From assembly GCA_965242965.1 (NCBI GenBank), contig OZ251518.1, positions 2,496,001-2,560,000 of the forward strand: a DNA stretch of 64,000 bases, in the 5' to 3' direction. Source of the stretch: Candidatus Poribacteria bacterium (lineage in GTDB: Bacteria > Poribacteria > WGA-4E > WGA-3G). The translations under genes were made by a program, and so were the position numbers. This document shows, one piece after another, positions 29,138 through 38,917 of the stretch; position 1 is the stretch's first letter, and every line of letters begins with the position of its first letter. The notes under the pieces are model-generated. The model searched no databases. It was not told where the DNA came from and saw only the letters and a program-made list of their open reading frames with translations.

Positions 29138-31069
29138 CTACCTGTCCAGCGGGTTGGAACCGTTGCCCTGTTCTACATCAATAGGAAAAGATTCCGGACC
29201 CTTCTCCTGTCCTCTCCCAATCTCCTCTGTCACGATTTCAAAATCAACATGAACCTGCTCGTCATCGCCGCGCGTTAAAATTAGCCGCTCTTGAGTCTCT
29301 AAGTGCCTGCCTTCATTGGCATCGGCATCCTCAAAAAGCAGAATCTCCGCGTTTTCGTCGCAGTACAAGAAAGCGGCACTTCCGACATCAAAATGCAAGC
29401 CAGCGTCGTCGTCTTGTCCAAACGCGAGAATTGTCTCTTTCGTCAGTGTAAAGTATCGCTTCTCGCCGAGGGGCGTTCCGGCTGCAGTGACTTGCGCTAA
29501 CCCAATCTGGTGCTCAATCTGCGGCCCTGTTATCCATGCTTTTCCTCGGCGCAGGAGGAAAAACAGCGCGCCGATTAGCAGAATAAGGAGAGGAATAACC
29601 AATAGCCACATCGGAAAACCGCCACCCCCGCCTTGGAGTTTAAACGGCACACCGATTGTCGCAAATCTCGGGGTCCCCTCGTAAGTATACTCAATATCCA
29701 ATGCCAACTTGTTGCCATACCAATCCAAGTCGTTCTCTTTCGGCACCTTGACGCTGAACGGCGTGTCTAAACTATCCGGTGTGTTTGACACGCTCGCAGC
29801 GCAAAGTTTACGGCCGTCTTTATACTGGACGTGTGAGCGGACCTGGGTGATTTGGAAAGCACCTTTGTTAGGGCTCTCACTCTGAACAACGAGTTTTACG
29901 GAATACGCGTCCTCCGAGAAAACTAGTTCCAACTGTTTGGCTGGTTGACGCGGATTCTCCTGATGGGAGATATAGACGCTATCAATCACCGCTGTGTAGT
30001 TCATGAGCGGCACTGGATGGACTTTGTCCACGCCGTCGTAGGTATAGGTGACTTCAAGTTTCAACTGATTGCCGGGAGTAGCGAGCTCAGGATTGGCGGG
30101 GAACGGTATCCGGAGCGCGTAAGGCGGCGAACTGCTACCTAGTGGGACCGGGTTGAGTTGGAGTGCCTCAACTTCGTTGTCTTGGTTCGCGACTTGAAGG
30201 GGCTTGCGGTTGTTATCGACAACTTCCACGGTAAGGCTGTCCAATTGAAATTTCGCCTTCTGGGAGTTTTTAGTGTCAATGACAAGGGTTTCGCTGATAA
30301 ATTGCCCCGCGTTGTCCTCTGAAAGGGACAACTTTGTGGCGGGCTCATCGGGCTTCATCTGATTGGCGATGAAAATGGTATCGATGTCGCGTCGTTTCTG
30401 AAGCTTGCGAACCTCGATTTTGACGTGGTTATTGACGAGAATCCCTAAGACGAGTGGCGAGTAGTATTCTTCCTCGATTTCGGCGAGCCGCTTCAGGATG
30501 GAGGCGATGCCGGTATCGCTTTTGCCGCTGTTATCAATGTCACCATCTGTCACGAAGAGCCAATAGGTTTCGTCGTCTCCTTCGCGGTATAACTCGTTGT
30601 AGACTTCGGTTTCGGCGCGGAGGAGGTAAGAGACGAGGCCGTAGAAAGATTCCTTCATCCGCGTCGGATTGGGCAGCTGCTTCTGAAATTCCGCCTTGTT
30701 CACCGGTTTTCGGCTGATTTTTTCGTTCCGCTGCTTTGCATATTCGGCGTAAGTCAAGACATCGCCGTTTTGGTAGAGCGGTTTGCTGACGTAAGCAGCA
30801 TCGCCTTCCTTGATGTAGGTGTCGTCAATGTCGCGCAGCGGATGCGCGGCGTTGGTGAAAAGCAGGTTTGTCACGTAGTCGTTGACGCGCCGAATGTCAT
30901 CGGATTCCATATAGGTAGTGTAGGTATCCTTGCCTGTCTTGAGGCGGAACATGCTGCCGGACACATCGTAGATGACGATGATGTGTTTGGCGGCGACAGG
31001 CGCGGCACAGATTATTATCAAAACGAGCAGAACGGCGAAGAGCATTGGGTAGCGTGATACATTCGTCAT
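29138..31069 (-). CDS. Membrane-anchored vWA-domain protein with Ig-like repeats
   Basis: Signal peptide; IVIYDVSGSM (MIDAS DxSxS), FVTDGD; two similar beta modules; TM FPMWLLVIPLL..; cytoplasmic tail. Confidence 0.8.
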   Translation of the reverse strand: MTNVSRYPMLFAVLLVLIIICAAPVAAKHIIVIYDVSGSMFRLKTGKDTYTTYMESDDIRRVNDYVTNLLFTNAAHPLRDIDDTYIKEGDAAYVSKPLYQNGDVLTYAEYAKQRNEKISRKPVNKAEFQKQLPNPTRMKESFYGLVSYLLRAETEVYNELYREGDDETYWLFVTDGDIDNSGKSDTGIASILKRLAEIEEEYYSPLVLGILVNNHVKIEVRKLQKRRDIDTIFIANQMKPDEPATKLSLSEDNAGQFISETLVIDTKNSQKAKFQLDSLTVEVVDNNRKPLQVANQDNEVEALQLNPVPLGSSSPPYALRIPFPANPELATPGNQLKLEVTYTYDGVDKVHPVPLMNYTAVIDSVYISHQENPRQPAKQLELVFSEDAYSVKLVVQSESPNKGAFQITQVRSHVQYKDGRKLCAASVSNTPDSLDTPFSVKVPKENDLDWYGNKLALDIEYTYEGTPRFATIGVPFKLQGGGGGFPMWLLVIPLLILLIGALFFLLRRGKAWITGPQIEHQIGLAQVTAAGTPLGEKRYFTLTKETILAFGQDDDAGLHFDVGSAAFLYCDENAEILLFEDADANEGRHLETQERLILTRGDDEQVHVDFEIVTEEIGRGQEKGPESFPIDVEQGNGSNPLDR

Positions 31070-31070
31070 A

Positions 31071-32474
31071 TCAGTCTCCTAATAGATTCAGGCAAACGAG
31101 CCGGGCTTTGCACAGAATAAAGAGTTTGTTACTATATTGAATAGGCGCGGCAACGGGAGCAGGATTATCTGGTTTCCCCATGGCCAGTGATTGATGCAAC
31201 ACGGCGTGAGTGGGTTCAAGTCGCTGGATGGTAAGTCCAGCGGAATGCGCGGAATAAATTCGGTTGTTCACGGCAATTGAGCGGTGTGGGACAAACCGGG
31301 CTTGCGGGTTGTTCTGAGGTAAACTCTTCCCTGCGGAGAAAACAGCGTCCCCATTACTATCGCTCAGGTAGATATAGAGTGTTTGTCCCCCGCGGTCGGA
31401 CAGGAAGAGCCGCTGTCCATCGGTGAGCGGCGGATGAACAAAGAGGTTCAGATGTTGTTCTACATTTGAAACTTCGTCTAAAGTTGCCACGGGGGACAGT
31501 CGTTTGGTTCGCGGTTCATAACGGGCAAGACTGCGCCTTCGGCTTTCGGTATGCAAGGCTTCAAAATAGACGCTACTGCCGAGTGATGTAGGCGAGGAGA
31601 AGAATAGCGAGGGATAAGACTTGACGACGCTGTTAAAGGCTCCCTTCTCAATGTTAATCGCGAAGATACGTCCCTGTTTGCAGGTGAAAACGACATGCTC
31701 GCCACAAAGCGTGGGAGACGTGGGACCGTTGTCGACGTTGAAGAAAGCGTGCGGGATGTAGTGTCCGTTGCGGCTAACTAGTTCTAAGAACAATACGCCT
31801 TGTTGCGTGCCGACAATCATGGTTGGTTTGCCGGCGACATTGCATTTTAGCGGAGCGCATTCAGGCAGCGGTTGAATTTGGGCGGCATCCACTCCTCTTA
31901 TCTCAACGGGTTCCGATTTCCCATTTAAAACGGAGGTTTTGTGAATGCCGCCTGCAACGACGTAATAGAGATGGAGTCCATGGTAGATAGGCGTGCAGCC
32001 GTGCGTCAGCGGCGCGTCGAACGGAATACTCCATTGCCGCGAGAGGTGCTGTTGTTCTGGGTGCTTGGCAATGGTATAGGCATCCAAACTTTGTGCGTCA
32101 GGATTCGGCACAATGAGGAGTCCATCAACGGCGAGTAGCCCCGGTAAGCCTTCCGCTGTTTCTATCTTGGGCATCTCCACAGCCCCCGAAAAGAACCCAC
32201 AATTGTCGGCGAGTGGGACATCGGAGGATTCGCCTCCCGGCAGTACCGCGGTGCGCTGCGGATTCGCATACGCCATCTCCCAGGCCGCCGGTTTTTTAAG
32301 TTTTTGCCCACACTGCGTGCAAAAGCGAGCGAACGCGCGGTTCCAATGCCCATCAGGACATCGGAAGGCAACGGTAGCACACTGCTGGCAATACGCCACA
32401 TTTGAGGGGTGTCTGTCATTCGCCGCGGGCAAATCGCAGGCGGTGTTTTGGCGTGCAGTGGGACAGATGTTCAT
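31071..32474 (-). CDS. Double Zn-ribbon plus PQQ-like beta-propeller protein
   Basis: YCQQC..CPDGHWN..ARFCTQCG; W.M...NPQRT, SSP, PPL, APIQY propeller motifs. Confidence 0.7.
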   Translation of the reverse strand: MNICPTARQNTACDLPAANDRHPSNVAYCQQCATVAFRCPDGHWNRAFARFCTQCGQKLKKPAAWEMAYANPQRTAVLPGGESSDVPLADNCGFFSGAVEMPKIETAEGLPGLLAVDGLLIVPNPDAQSLDAYTIAKHPEQQHLSRQWSIPFDAPLTHGCTPIYHGLHLYYVVAGGIHKTSVLNGKSEPVEIRGVDAAQIQPLPECAPLKCNVAGKPTMIVGTQQGVLFLELVSRNGHYIPHAFFNVDNGPTSPTLCGEHVVFTCKQGRIFAINIEKGAFNSVVKSYPSLFFSSPTSLGSSVYFEALHTESRRRSLARYEPRTKRLSPVATLDEVSNVEQHLNLFVHPPLTDGQRLFLSDRGGQTLYIYLSDSNGDAVFSAGKSLPQNNPQARFVPHRSIAVNNRIYSAHSAGLTIQRLEPTHAVLHQSLAMGKPDNPAPVAAPIQYSNKLFILCKARLVCLNLLGD

Positions 32475-33112
32475 TTTCCGTTCTCCATCTCGGAATAAAC
32501 GAGGATAATCTCAATTCGGCGGTTTTTCGCGCGGCCTACCTTTGTCCAATTGGTGGCAACCGGGTGGTGTTCGCCGTATCCTGTCGCGTTGAGCGTGCGC
32601 GCGTCGATGCCGATTTCATCAACGAAAAGCCGTAATACGGCAATTGCGCGTGCCGATGAGAGCTCCCAGTTTGATGGAAACTGCTCAGTCTCAATCGGAA
32701 TGTTGTCGGTATGTCCGTTGATTTGCACGCTCTGGTATAACCGCTTGCCTTTCTCGTCGATTTTGTAACGCTGCAATAATCTCCCGACAGCAGTGAGCGT
32801 CGTCCGTCCGAGGGGTTGCAATTCTGCTTCCGCGGTGTGGAAGAGGATCCTGTCGCTAAAACTAAACCGTTGCAGGTTTCCATCGCTTTCAATTGCAATG
32901 GTGCCGTTCGCTATCTCTCTTGCAAACGCTTTCGCGAACGCCGCTTGGATAGTCTCCTGCTTTTTCTCCATCCGAATTTTCAGAATCAGTTTGCTGTTGG
33001 CAATGAACTGAATGAAAAGGAAGAACAGGAAGATAAGCAGCATCGCGATTGCGACATCGGTAAAAGCGGGCCAGATATTCAGAACGGAAGTCTGCCGCAT
33101 GCGTAAATCCAT
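32471..33112 (-). CDS. MotB/ZorB-like OmpA-domain stator subunit
   Basis: TM IWPAFTDVAIAMLLIF with conserved Asp; ILF...AEL, GHTDNIP, NWELSSARA, NRRIEI. Confidence 0.88.
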   Translation of the reverse strand: MDLRMRQTSVLNIWPAFTDVAIAMLLIFLFFLFIQFIANSKLILKIRMEKKQETIQAAFAKAFAREIANGTIAIESDGNLQRFSFSDRILFHTAEAELQPLGRTTLTAVGRLLQRYKIDEKGKRLYQSVQINGHTDNIPIETEQFPSNWELSSARAIAVLRLFVDEIGIDARTLNATGYGEHHPVATNWTKVGRAKNRRIEIILVYSEMENGK

Positions 33113-33126
33113 TGAAATCTCCCCCG

Positions 33127-35259
33127 CTACTTTTCTCCCCGGAACCACCGGTGGATTGCAGCATTCCAACGGGCTACCCAGGTTTGACGCGCGATGCTCT
33201 GAAGGCCGTCTAGTTTTTGAGAAATTTCCCGCGTTTGACGCGCAGTGTCCTGAAGGCCGTCTAGTTTTTGAGAAATTTCCCGCAACAAATCCATTACAGC
33301 CGGTTGCAAATTGTCAGGAGTTTGCGGACCTCCTGCCCCCGGCGCAGGTTGTTGGGGAAGTTGTTGCATATTCTGGACTAAGTTGCGGAGGAGTTGATTC
33401 TGCTCCTGAGTCAGGCCGCCTGACTCAACGAGATGGCTTTCAATTTCCTGCAACACCCGATTTTGCGTCTCCAAAGTTGGACGAATCTGCAGCTCATTTG
33501 CGAGATGTCTAAACAACTGGTTCTGCGTATCAAGTGCCGCACCAATCTGCAACTCATCCGCAATTCGTTGAAGTAGCTGGTTTTGCACATCAAGTGCCGC
33601 ACCAATCTGCAACTCGCCTTCCAATCGCCGGATGGCCTGTAGGATGTCCCGTTGAATCGCCTCGCTGGCCTGAAAGGATGCGCCAAACTGTTGTCCGTTT
33701 ATGTCAAGTTGTTCTTTAATCCGCTCAAACGCCTGATTCTGTGCCTCAATTGCCGGGCGGATTTTCAACTCATCTGCTAATTGCGTCAGGACCTGGGCGA
33801 CATTCTGCTGCTGTCCTGTGATGCCGCGAATCTCGGCGAGCAACGCATTAGAAAGATTGTTAAGGAGTTCAGATTGTGAGTCCTGATACTCGCGAAGTGC
33901 GGCGTGCGATGCCTCCCGTTCCTCCGTTACCAATTGCATCAGGTTATCTGTCAATTGCGTGAGGAACTGCACGACATTCTGCTGCTGTCTTGTGATGTCC
34001 TGCATCTCGGTGAGCAAGTCATCGGAGAGTTTCTTAAGGTATTCGGATTGCGATGCCTGATACTCACGAAGTGCGGCGTGTGATGCCTCCCTCTCCTCCG
34101 CTACCAATTCCATCAAGGCACGCACCGTATCCTGCTGCCGCTCTGATACGGTTTGAACTTGGGTTTGCAAGGCAGTGGAGAGTTTGTCAATGAGCTCGGA
34201 TTGCGATGCCTGATACGCTTGAATCGCCGCTTGCAACGCTGCGCTCTCGTCTTCTAACCGCGGCACCGACTCTTCTAGGGCTTGGTTCAGCGCGTCTTGA
34301 TAGCCGCCAATTTCAGCCCTTGACTGCGCTGTCATGTCCTTAAACGAGTCAATAGCAGATGTAATCACCACCTGATACTCGTTGATTCCCGCTAGGCTTT
34401 TCAGGAGATTCTCCGCGGTTTCGTCAAACTTGAATGCCAGTATCTGTTGTTGCTCAAGATACCCACCCGATGAAGTCCGCATGAATTCTTGAATAGCGTT
34501 CTGCATCGCTGCGACATTTTCATCTGTAGTGAACTTCAACATTTTGGTGCATTCGGCGAGTTGCTTAACAGCGGAATCAATGGAGGCTTCCGGCGTTTGC
34601 GTGAAACGCGGTAATATTTCCTTTGACACGAATTCCTCAAGCGCGGTGCGAAAAGACGATTGCACGCGATTGAAAACCAAACCGACGAGACCTAAAACCA
34701 GGGACGTTAGTAGCCCGGCTATCGTGGTGCCAAACGCCGTGCTCATCCCGCCGACGGTGAGTTCCAGTGTCTTAGAAATTTCAGCGAGTTCCTCAAAATC
34801 TTCGATGCCTGTCACAATGGGACGCACTTCGGTGAGCGCGGTAATTAAACCCCATAATGTCCCCACCAAACCGAGGATAATCAGGATACCGAGGATGTGG
34901 TTCGCGAAACTGGCTCTTCGGCTCTCCTTGCCGGTGAGAATGTCAGCGAGGGCATCGTTGTCAACCTGTCCGCCGCTGTCTCTAATTTGGAGCAAGGCCT
35001 TGATGCGCTGGTAAATAATGCTTTGATCCCACACCTTCGTCTCGTCGAGTATGGCAAGCAACTGGGAGATATCGCCGAACCCGTGGTTGCGCGTAAAATA
35101 GGTTTGGACGCGCCACAGATTTCCCCACTGCCTTCCTATCAACGCAATTTGCAAAAGGTAGTTGATAATACCAATTACAAAGAAACCGCAAATCGTCCAG
35201 ACGATGCTGCTACCGATGTCATTGTCAAGGGTGAAAATAAAAATGAAAAGTTCGCCCAC
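33127..35259 (-). CDS. MotA/TolQ/ExbB-family protein with ~480-aa coiled-coil tail (ZorA-like)
   Basis: LGLVGTLWGL and MSTAFGTTIAGL channel motifs; long Q/E/L-rich repetitive helical tail. Confidence 0.85.
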   Translation of the reverse strand: MGELFIFIFTLDNDIGSSIVWTICGFFVIGIINYLLQIALIGRQWGNLWRVQTYFTRNHGFGDISQLLAILDETKVWDQSIIYQRIKALLQIRDSGGQVDNDALADILTGKESRRASFANHILGILIILGLVGTLWGLITALTEVRPIVTGIEDFEELAEISKTLELTVGGMSTAFGTTIAGLLTSLVLGLVGLVFNRVQSSFRTALEEFVSKEILPRFTQTPEASIDSAVKQLAECTKMLKFTTDENVAAMQNAIQEFMRTSSGGYLEQQQILAFKFDETAENLLKSLAGINEYQVVITSAIDSFKDMTAQSRAEIGGYQDALNQALEESVPRLEDESAALQAAIQAYQASQSELIDKLSTALQTQVQTVSERQQDTVRALMELVAEEREASHAALREYQASQSEYLKKLSDDLLTEMQDITRQQQNVVQFLTQLTDNLMQLVTEEREASHAALREYQDSQSELLNNLSNALLAEIRGITGQQQNVAQVLTQLADELKIRPAIEAQNQAFERIKEQLDINGQQFGASFQASEAIQRDILQAIRRLEGELQIGAALDVQNQLLQRIADELQIGAALDTQNQLFRHLANELQIRPTLETQNRVLQEIESHLVESGGLTQEQNQLLRNLVQNMQQLPQQPAPGAGGPQTPDNLQPAVMDLLREISQKLDGLQDTARQTREISQKLDGLQSIARQTWVARWNAAIHRWFRGEK

Positions 35260-35303
35260 GCAGTTATCTCCATGAAGTGAAAACGATTAAGACTTATCCA
35301 TAA

Positions 35304-35332
35304 AGCATACCAAATTTCACCAAAAAAGTCAA
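35304..35332 (-). promoter_or_regulatory. Promoter of the ZorAB-like operon
   Basis: Minus strand TTGACT-N17-TATGCT with TG extension. Confidence 0.65.
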
Positions 35333-35349
35333 ATTCAATTTTTTCAAGC

Positions 35350-35750
35350 GCGCAGAATGCATTTGAAAGCGCGCCTACCGTCCGTAGGAGAGACCTCCCG
35401 GTCTCGATGCAATAGGGCTGCGCGCCTACCGGGGCCGCGGCGGCAGAAAGTCCCCCTTCATCGTAGGGCTTGGGCCCTCGCATGCCACACGCGCATCCGA
35501 GCGGGTTCCCCTCGCCAGCGTGCGTGCACGTGGAATCCAACGATCGCGGGGGACAGGCCCCCGCGCTACGAAAAAAAACGGCACTTCACCGTAGGGCGAG
35601 GGCCTGTCCCTCGCCATGCTGCGGTCTATCGAAAACTCGCGGAGGACAGGCCCCCGCGCTACGGGCACATCGAGACTAGGAGGTCTCTCCTACCGGAAAT
35701 CAAGCCCCGAGGTCTCTTCTACCGGCATGCATCGAGACCGGAAACGGCAT
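35350..35750. repeat. GTAG-REP cluster
   Basis: gtaggagagacctcccggtctcga, gtagggcgagggcctgtccctcgcc and cgcgggggacaggcccccgcgctac copies. Confidence 0.88.
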
Positions 35751-35776
35751 TCTTTTTGAAGGCAGTCGAAAATAAT

Positions 35777-35805
35777 TTGACATATTTCACAAAATGTAGT
35801 ATAAT
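35777..35805 (+). promoter_or_regulatory. Perfect-consensus sigma70 promoter
   Basis: TTGACA-N17-TATAAT. Confidence 0.8.
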
Positions 35806-35889
35806 TAATGATAGTTTTTAAGAGTAGGGAAACGTTGCAAGGAAACCGTTTTTTCTGCCGTTCCCCGCTCAAACCTAAAGGAGATATTT

Positions 35890-37524
35890 ATGAATACGAA
35901 ATATAGCGCAGTTCAAACACGCGCATTTTCAATTGTCACGGCGATTTTTGTCGCACTGTTTTCACTCTCGGCAGTGTTGCTGTCCGGGTGTGAACGAATG
36001 AGTGAAGTGGTAGCCCCACCGGATACCACAGCGGCGACGTTGAAGGTTGGCGTGATTCAGCCTTCAAAGTATTATACCTCTTACACCAAAGGCGCGGAGC
36101 TCGCCCGGGCTGAGCTCAACGCTGCAGGGGGTATCCTCGGCATGCAGGTGGAGTTTGTCCCCCGGGATAACCAGACTTCTCCGGATGCGTTTCCTATGCC
36201 GGAAGCAACTATCCAAGTCGCCACAGAGTTAGTTGAGATGGAGAAAGTCGCGGCCATCCTCGGTCCAATTTTCTCAACGAACGCGGTGGAGATTGCGCCG
36301 ATTATTGAGATTCCGACACTCGCTGCCGCAACGGATGCGAGGGTCACAAAGGCAGGCGAGTTTATCTTTGTCGTCGGCGCGCCTAACAGTTTACACGGCC
36401 AGGGCATTGCGGAATTCGCCGTGAATGAACTGGAAGCCAAAACAGCCGCCACGATTCACCAAGACGGCGATGTCTACTCCATGGGACATCTCAACGCTTT
36501 CAATGAGCGTTTTAAGGCACTCGGTGGAGAGATTGCTGTCGCCGATGTTTATCAATCCGGCGATACGGACTTTAGCGCGCAACTCGCGAAAGTGAAAGCC
36601 GAAGCACCGGATGTCCTCCTCCTCTCTAGTTTCGCACCTGAGGTGCCCTTGTTGATTAAACAAGCGAAGGAGATGGAGATTACTGCAACCATCATTGGTG
36701 GTGATGGATGGGCGGATCCCGAGCTATTTTTCACCACGTTAGAAGATAACACGCCGTTAGACGGAAGTTACTTCACAACGGGACTTTCCGACCTCTCAAA
36801 CGCGCCGCCAAGCACACAGACGTTCATCGCGGCCTATACTGAAATGTATGGGATGGCACCCGATAGTGTGGCAGCGTCGGGCTATGACGGGATGAAACTC
36901 TTGGCCATGGGCATTAAAGAGGCGGCATCAACAGATGCAGTCGCCGTGCGCGATGCAATCGCCGCAATCACGGACTACGCCGGTGCAACGCTCATCTCTC
37001 GTTACGATGAAAACCGCAACCCTGTCAAAGAAATTGGCGGTGTTCTGGAAATTCGTGATGGGAAAACCCAGCCCTACGTCGCAATGCCAGAAACGGATGC
37101 GATGCCTGATGCAGGGGACATGACTACGGATACTCCCGCAACGACAGATGAAACCGCGGGTGCTGAGGACATGCCTCCGGTAACAGATGAAACCGCGGGT
37201 GAGGATATGCCTCCGGCAACAGATGAACCCACCGATGAGAAGGCAGATCCTGCTAAAGAGAAGGACGCTGCTGATGCAGGGGACATGCCCAAGGATACTC
37301 CCGGGGCGACAGATGAACCCACCGATGAGACAAAGGATCCTGCTAAAGAGAAGGATACTGCCGGTGCAGGGGACATGCCCAAGGATACTCCCGGGGCGAC
37401 AGATGAACCCACCGATGAGACAAAGGATCCTGCCGATGCGGGGAACATGACCAAGGATAAACCTGCAACGACGGAGGATGAAACCGACGACACGACAGAC
37501 AAGTCTGAGGATACATCTAAGTAG
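35890..37524 (+). CDS. Branched-chain amino acid ABC-type substrate-binding lipoprotein with acidic repeat tail
   Basis: Lipobox LSGC; GAELA..ELNAAGGILG, GDTDFSAQL.KVK, GYDG; tail of DEPTD repeats. Confidence 0.88.
   Translation: MNTKYSAVQTRAFSIVTAIFVALFSLSAVLLSGCERMSEVVAPPDTTAATLKVGVIQPSKYYTSYTKGAELARAELNAAGGILGMQVEFVPRDNQTSPDAFPMPEATIQVATELVEMEKVAAILGPIFSTNAVEIAPIIEIPTLAAATDARVTKAGEFIFVVGAPNSLHGQGIAEFAVNELEAKTAATIHQDGDVYSMGHLNAFNERFKALGGEIAVADVYQSGDTDFSAQLAKVKAEAPDVLLLSSFAPEVPLLIKQAKEMEITATIIGGDGWADPELFFTTLEDNTPLDGSYFTTGLSDLSNAPPSTQTFIAAYTEMYGMAPDSVAASGYDGMKLLAMGIKEAASTDAVAVRDAIAAITDYAGATLISRYDENRNPVKEIGGVLEIRDGKTQPYVAMPETDAMPDAGDMTTDTPATTDETAGAEDMPPVTDETAGEDMPPATDEPTDEKADPAKEKDAADAGDMPKDTPGATDEPTDETKDPAKEKDTAGAGDMPKDTPGATDEPTDETKDPADAGNMTKDKPATTEDETDDTTDKSEDTSK
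37222..37440 (+). repeat. 90-bp coding tandem repeat (~2.4 copies)
   Basis: gatgaacccaccgatgaga at 37222, 37312 and 37402. Confidence 0.9.
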
Positions 37525-37590
37525 TCAGGGTGTTTCTGGGACAGATACGCTGTCAGTTGCTCTGTGGATAGCACAGACGCAAAACGATAA

Positions 37591-37628
37591 GGGTAGACGC
37601 GCTTTGTAAGCGCGCCTACCCGTTTTTA
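37591..37628 (+). terminator. GTAG-type hairpin acting as terminator
   Basis: gggtagacgcgctt-tgt-aagcgcgcctaccc followed by T-run. Confidence 0.6.
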
Positions 37629-37639
37629 TTGCAAGGTTT

Positions 37640-38915
37640 TGCGAGGGACAGGCCCTCGCTCTACGCGCACTAAAAACGTCCCTTCAAATCGTAGGGCGCG
37701 GGCCCTCGCAGGTTTCCACACGCGCAGGCGAGCGGGTTTCCCTCGCCATCGTTTCGCGCAAGTCAACCCGTGCGAAGGCCAGCACGCCGCCACCCCTATA
37801 GGTCAAGATCGCCCGATCTTGACCCGTTTGTGATCAGGCGATCACAAACTACAGAGCACGCCCCCTTCATCGTAGGGCGAGGGCCTGTCCCTCGCCATGC
37901 AACGATCGCGGGGGACAGGCCCCCGCGCTACGGCACCTAAAAACGTTCCTTCAAATCGTAGGGCGAGGGACAGGCCCTCGCCATGCGTCGGTCTTAGCAG
38001 CAAACATCCGTGGTTTCTGGGTTGCGGGCGTTTTCCGCCTAGGTTGAGAGATCGCGGGGGACAGGCCCCCGCGCTACGGCACCTAAAAACGTTCCTTCAA
38101 ATCGTAGGGCGAGGGCCTGTCCCTCGCCATGCCAATCGTCTGAAGCAGGATTTACAAGATTATAGGATTTACAAGATTATAGGATTTACAAGATTAGGAA
38201 CTCTAGTCTCCAACCGATGCAGAGCTGCAGGAAAACGATGCTTTAGGTCCGTAGGCCCTGAAGAAGCGGGCCTTTGCAAAAACAGCCTCACCAATCACAA
38301 GGGAGATAATCCTGAAAATCGTGTAAATCTTGCAAATCCTGCTTCAGACACCTAGAGGCATCGCGGGGGACAGGCCCCCGCGCTACGGTGCAGGCAGCAA
38401 ATTGCATCAAGACCGGGAGGTCTCTCCTACCGGGGGACAGGCCCCCGCGCTACGGTTGTCAAGACCGCCTCCGTTTCATCGTAGGGCGAGGGCCTGTCCC
38501 TCGCCGTGCCTAAGGTCCTTTAGGTCCTTAATGTCTATAGTTCCTCGCGACACGATGAACCTAAGGTCCTTTAGGTCCTTAATTGCAGTTGTGCCGTATG
38601 TCTCATTTCATTAAGGATCTAGCGGACCTTGAAAACGATGACAAGCACGTTTGTCTATAGACATGCAGGACCTAAAGGACCTGAAGAAGTGGGCCTTTGC
38701 AAAAACGGCATCACCAATCACAAGGGAGATAATCCTGAAAATCTTGTGAATCTTGTGAATCCTGCTTCAGACACCTAGAGGCATCGCGAGGGACAGGCCC
38801 TCGCGCTACGGTATCGCGGGCGTTATGATTTTGCGAGGGACAGGCCCTCGCGCTACGGTGAGCATGCGTTATGGTTTTGCGAGGGATAAGCCCTCGCATT
38901 CCGGTGAGCAGCGCG
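37640..38915. repeat. Large composite REP array (~1.3 kb)
   Basis: More than 10 gggacaggccc palindromes, gtttgtgatc..gatcacaaac, taggtccttaatgtctatag and aggatttacaagattat tandem units. Confidence 0.9.
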
Positions 38916-38917
38916 CA

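Noticed and set aside
32471-35259. Calling this canonical Zorya or flagellar motAB
   Set aside because: No recognisable zorC/D/E and no flagellar genes in the window, so it is called ZorAB-like only.
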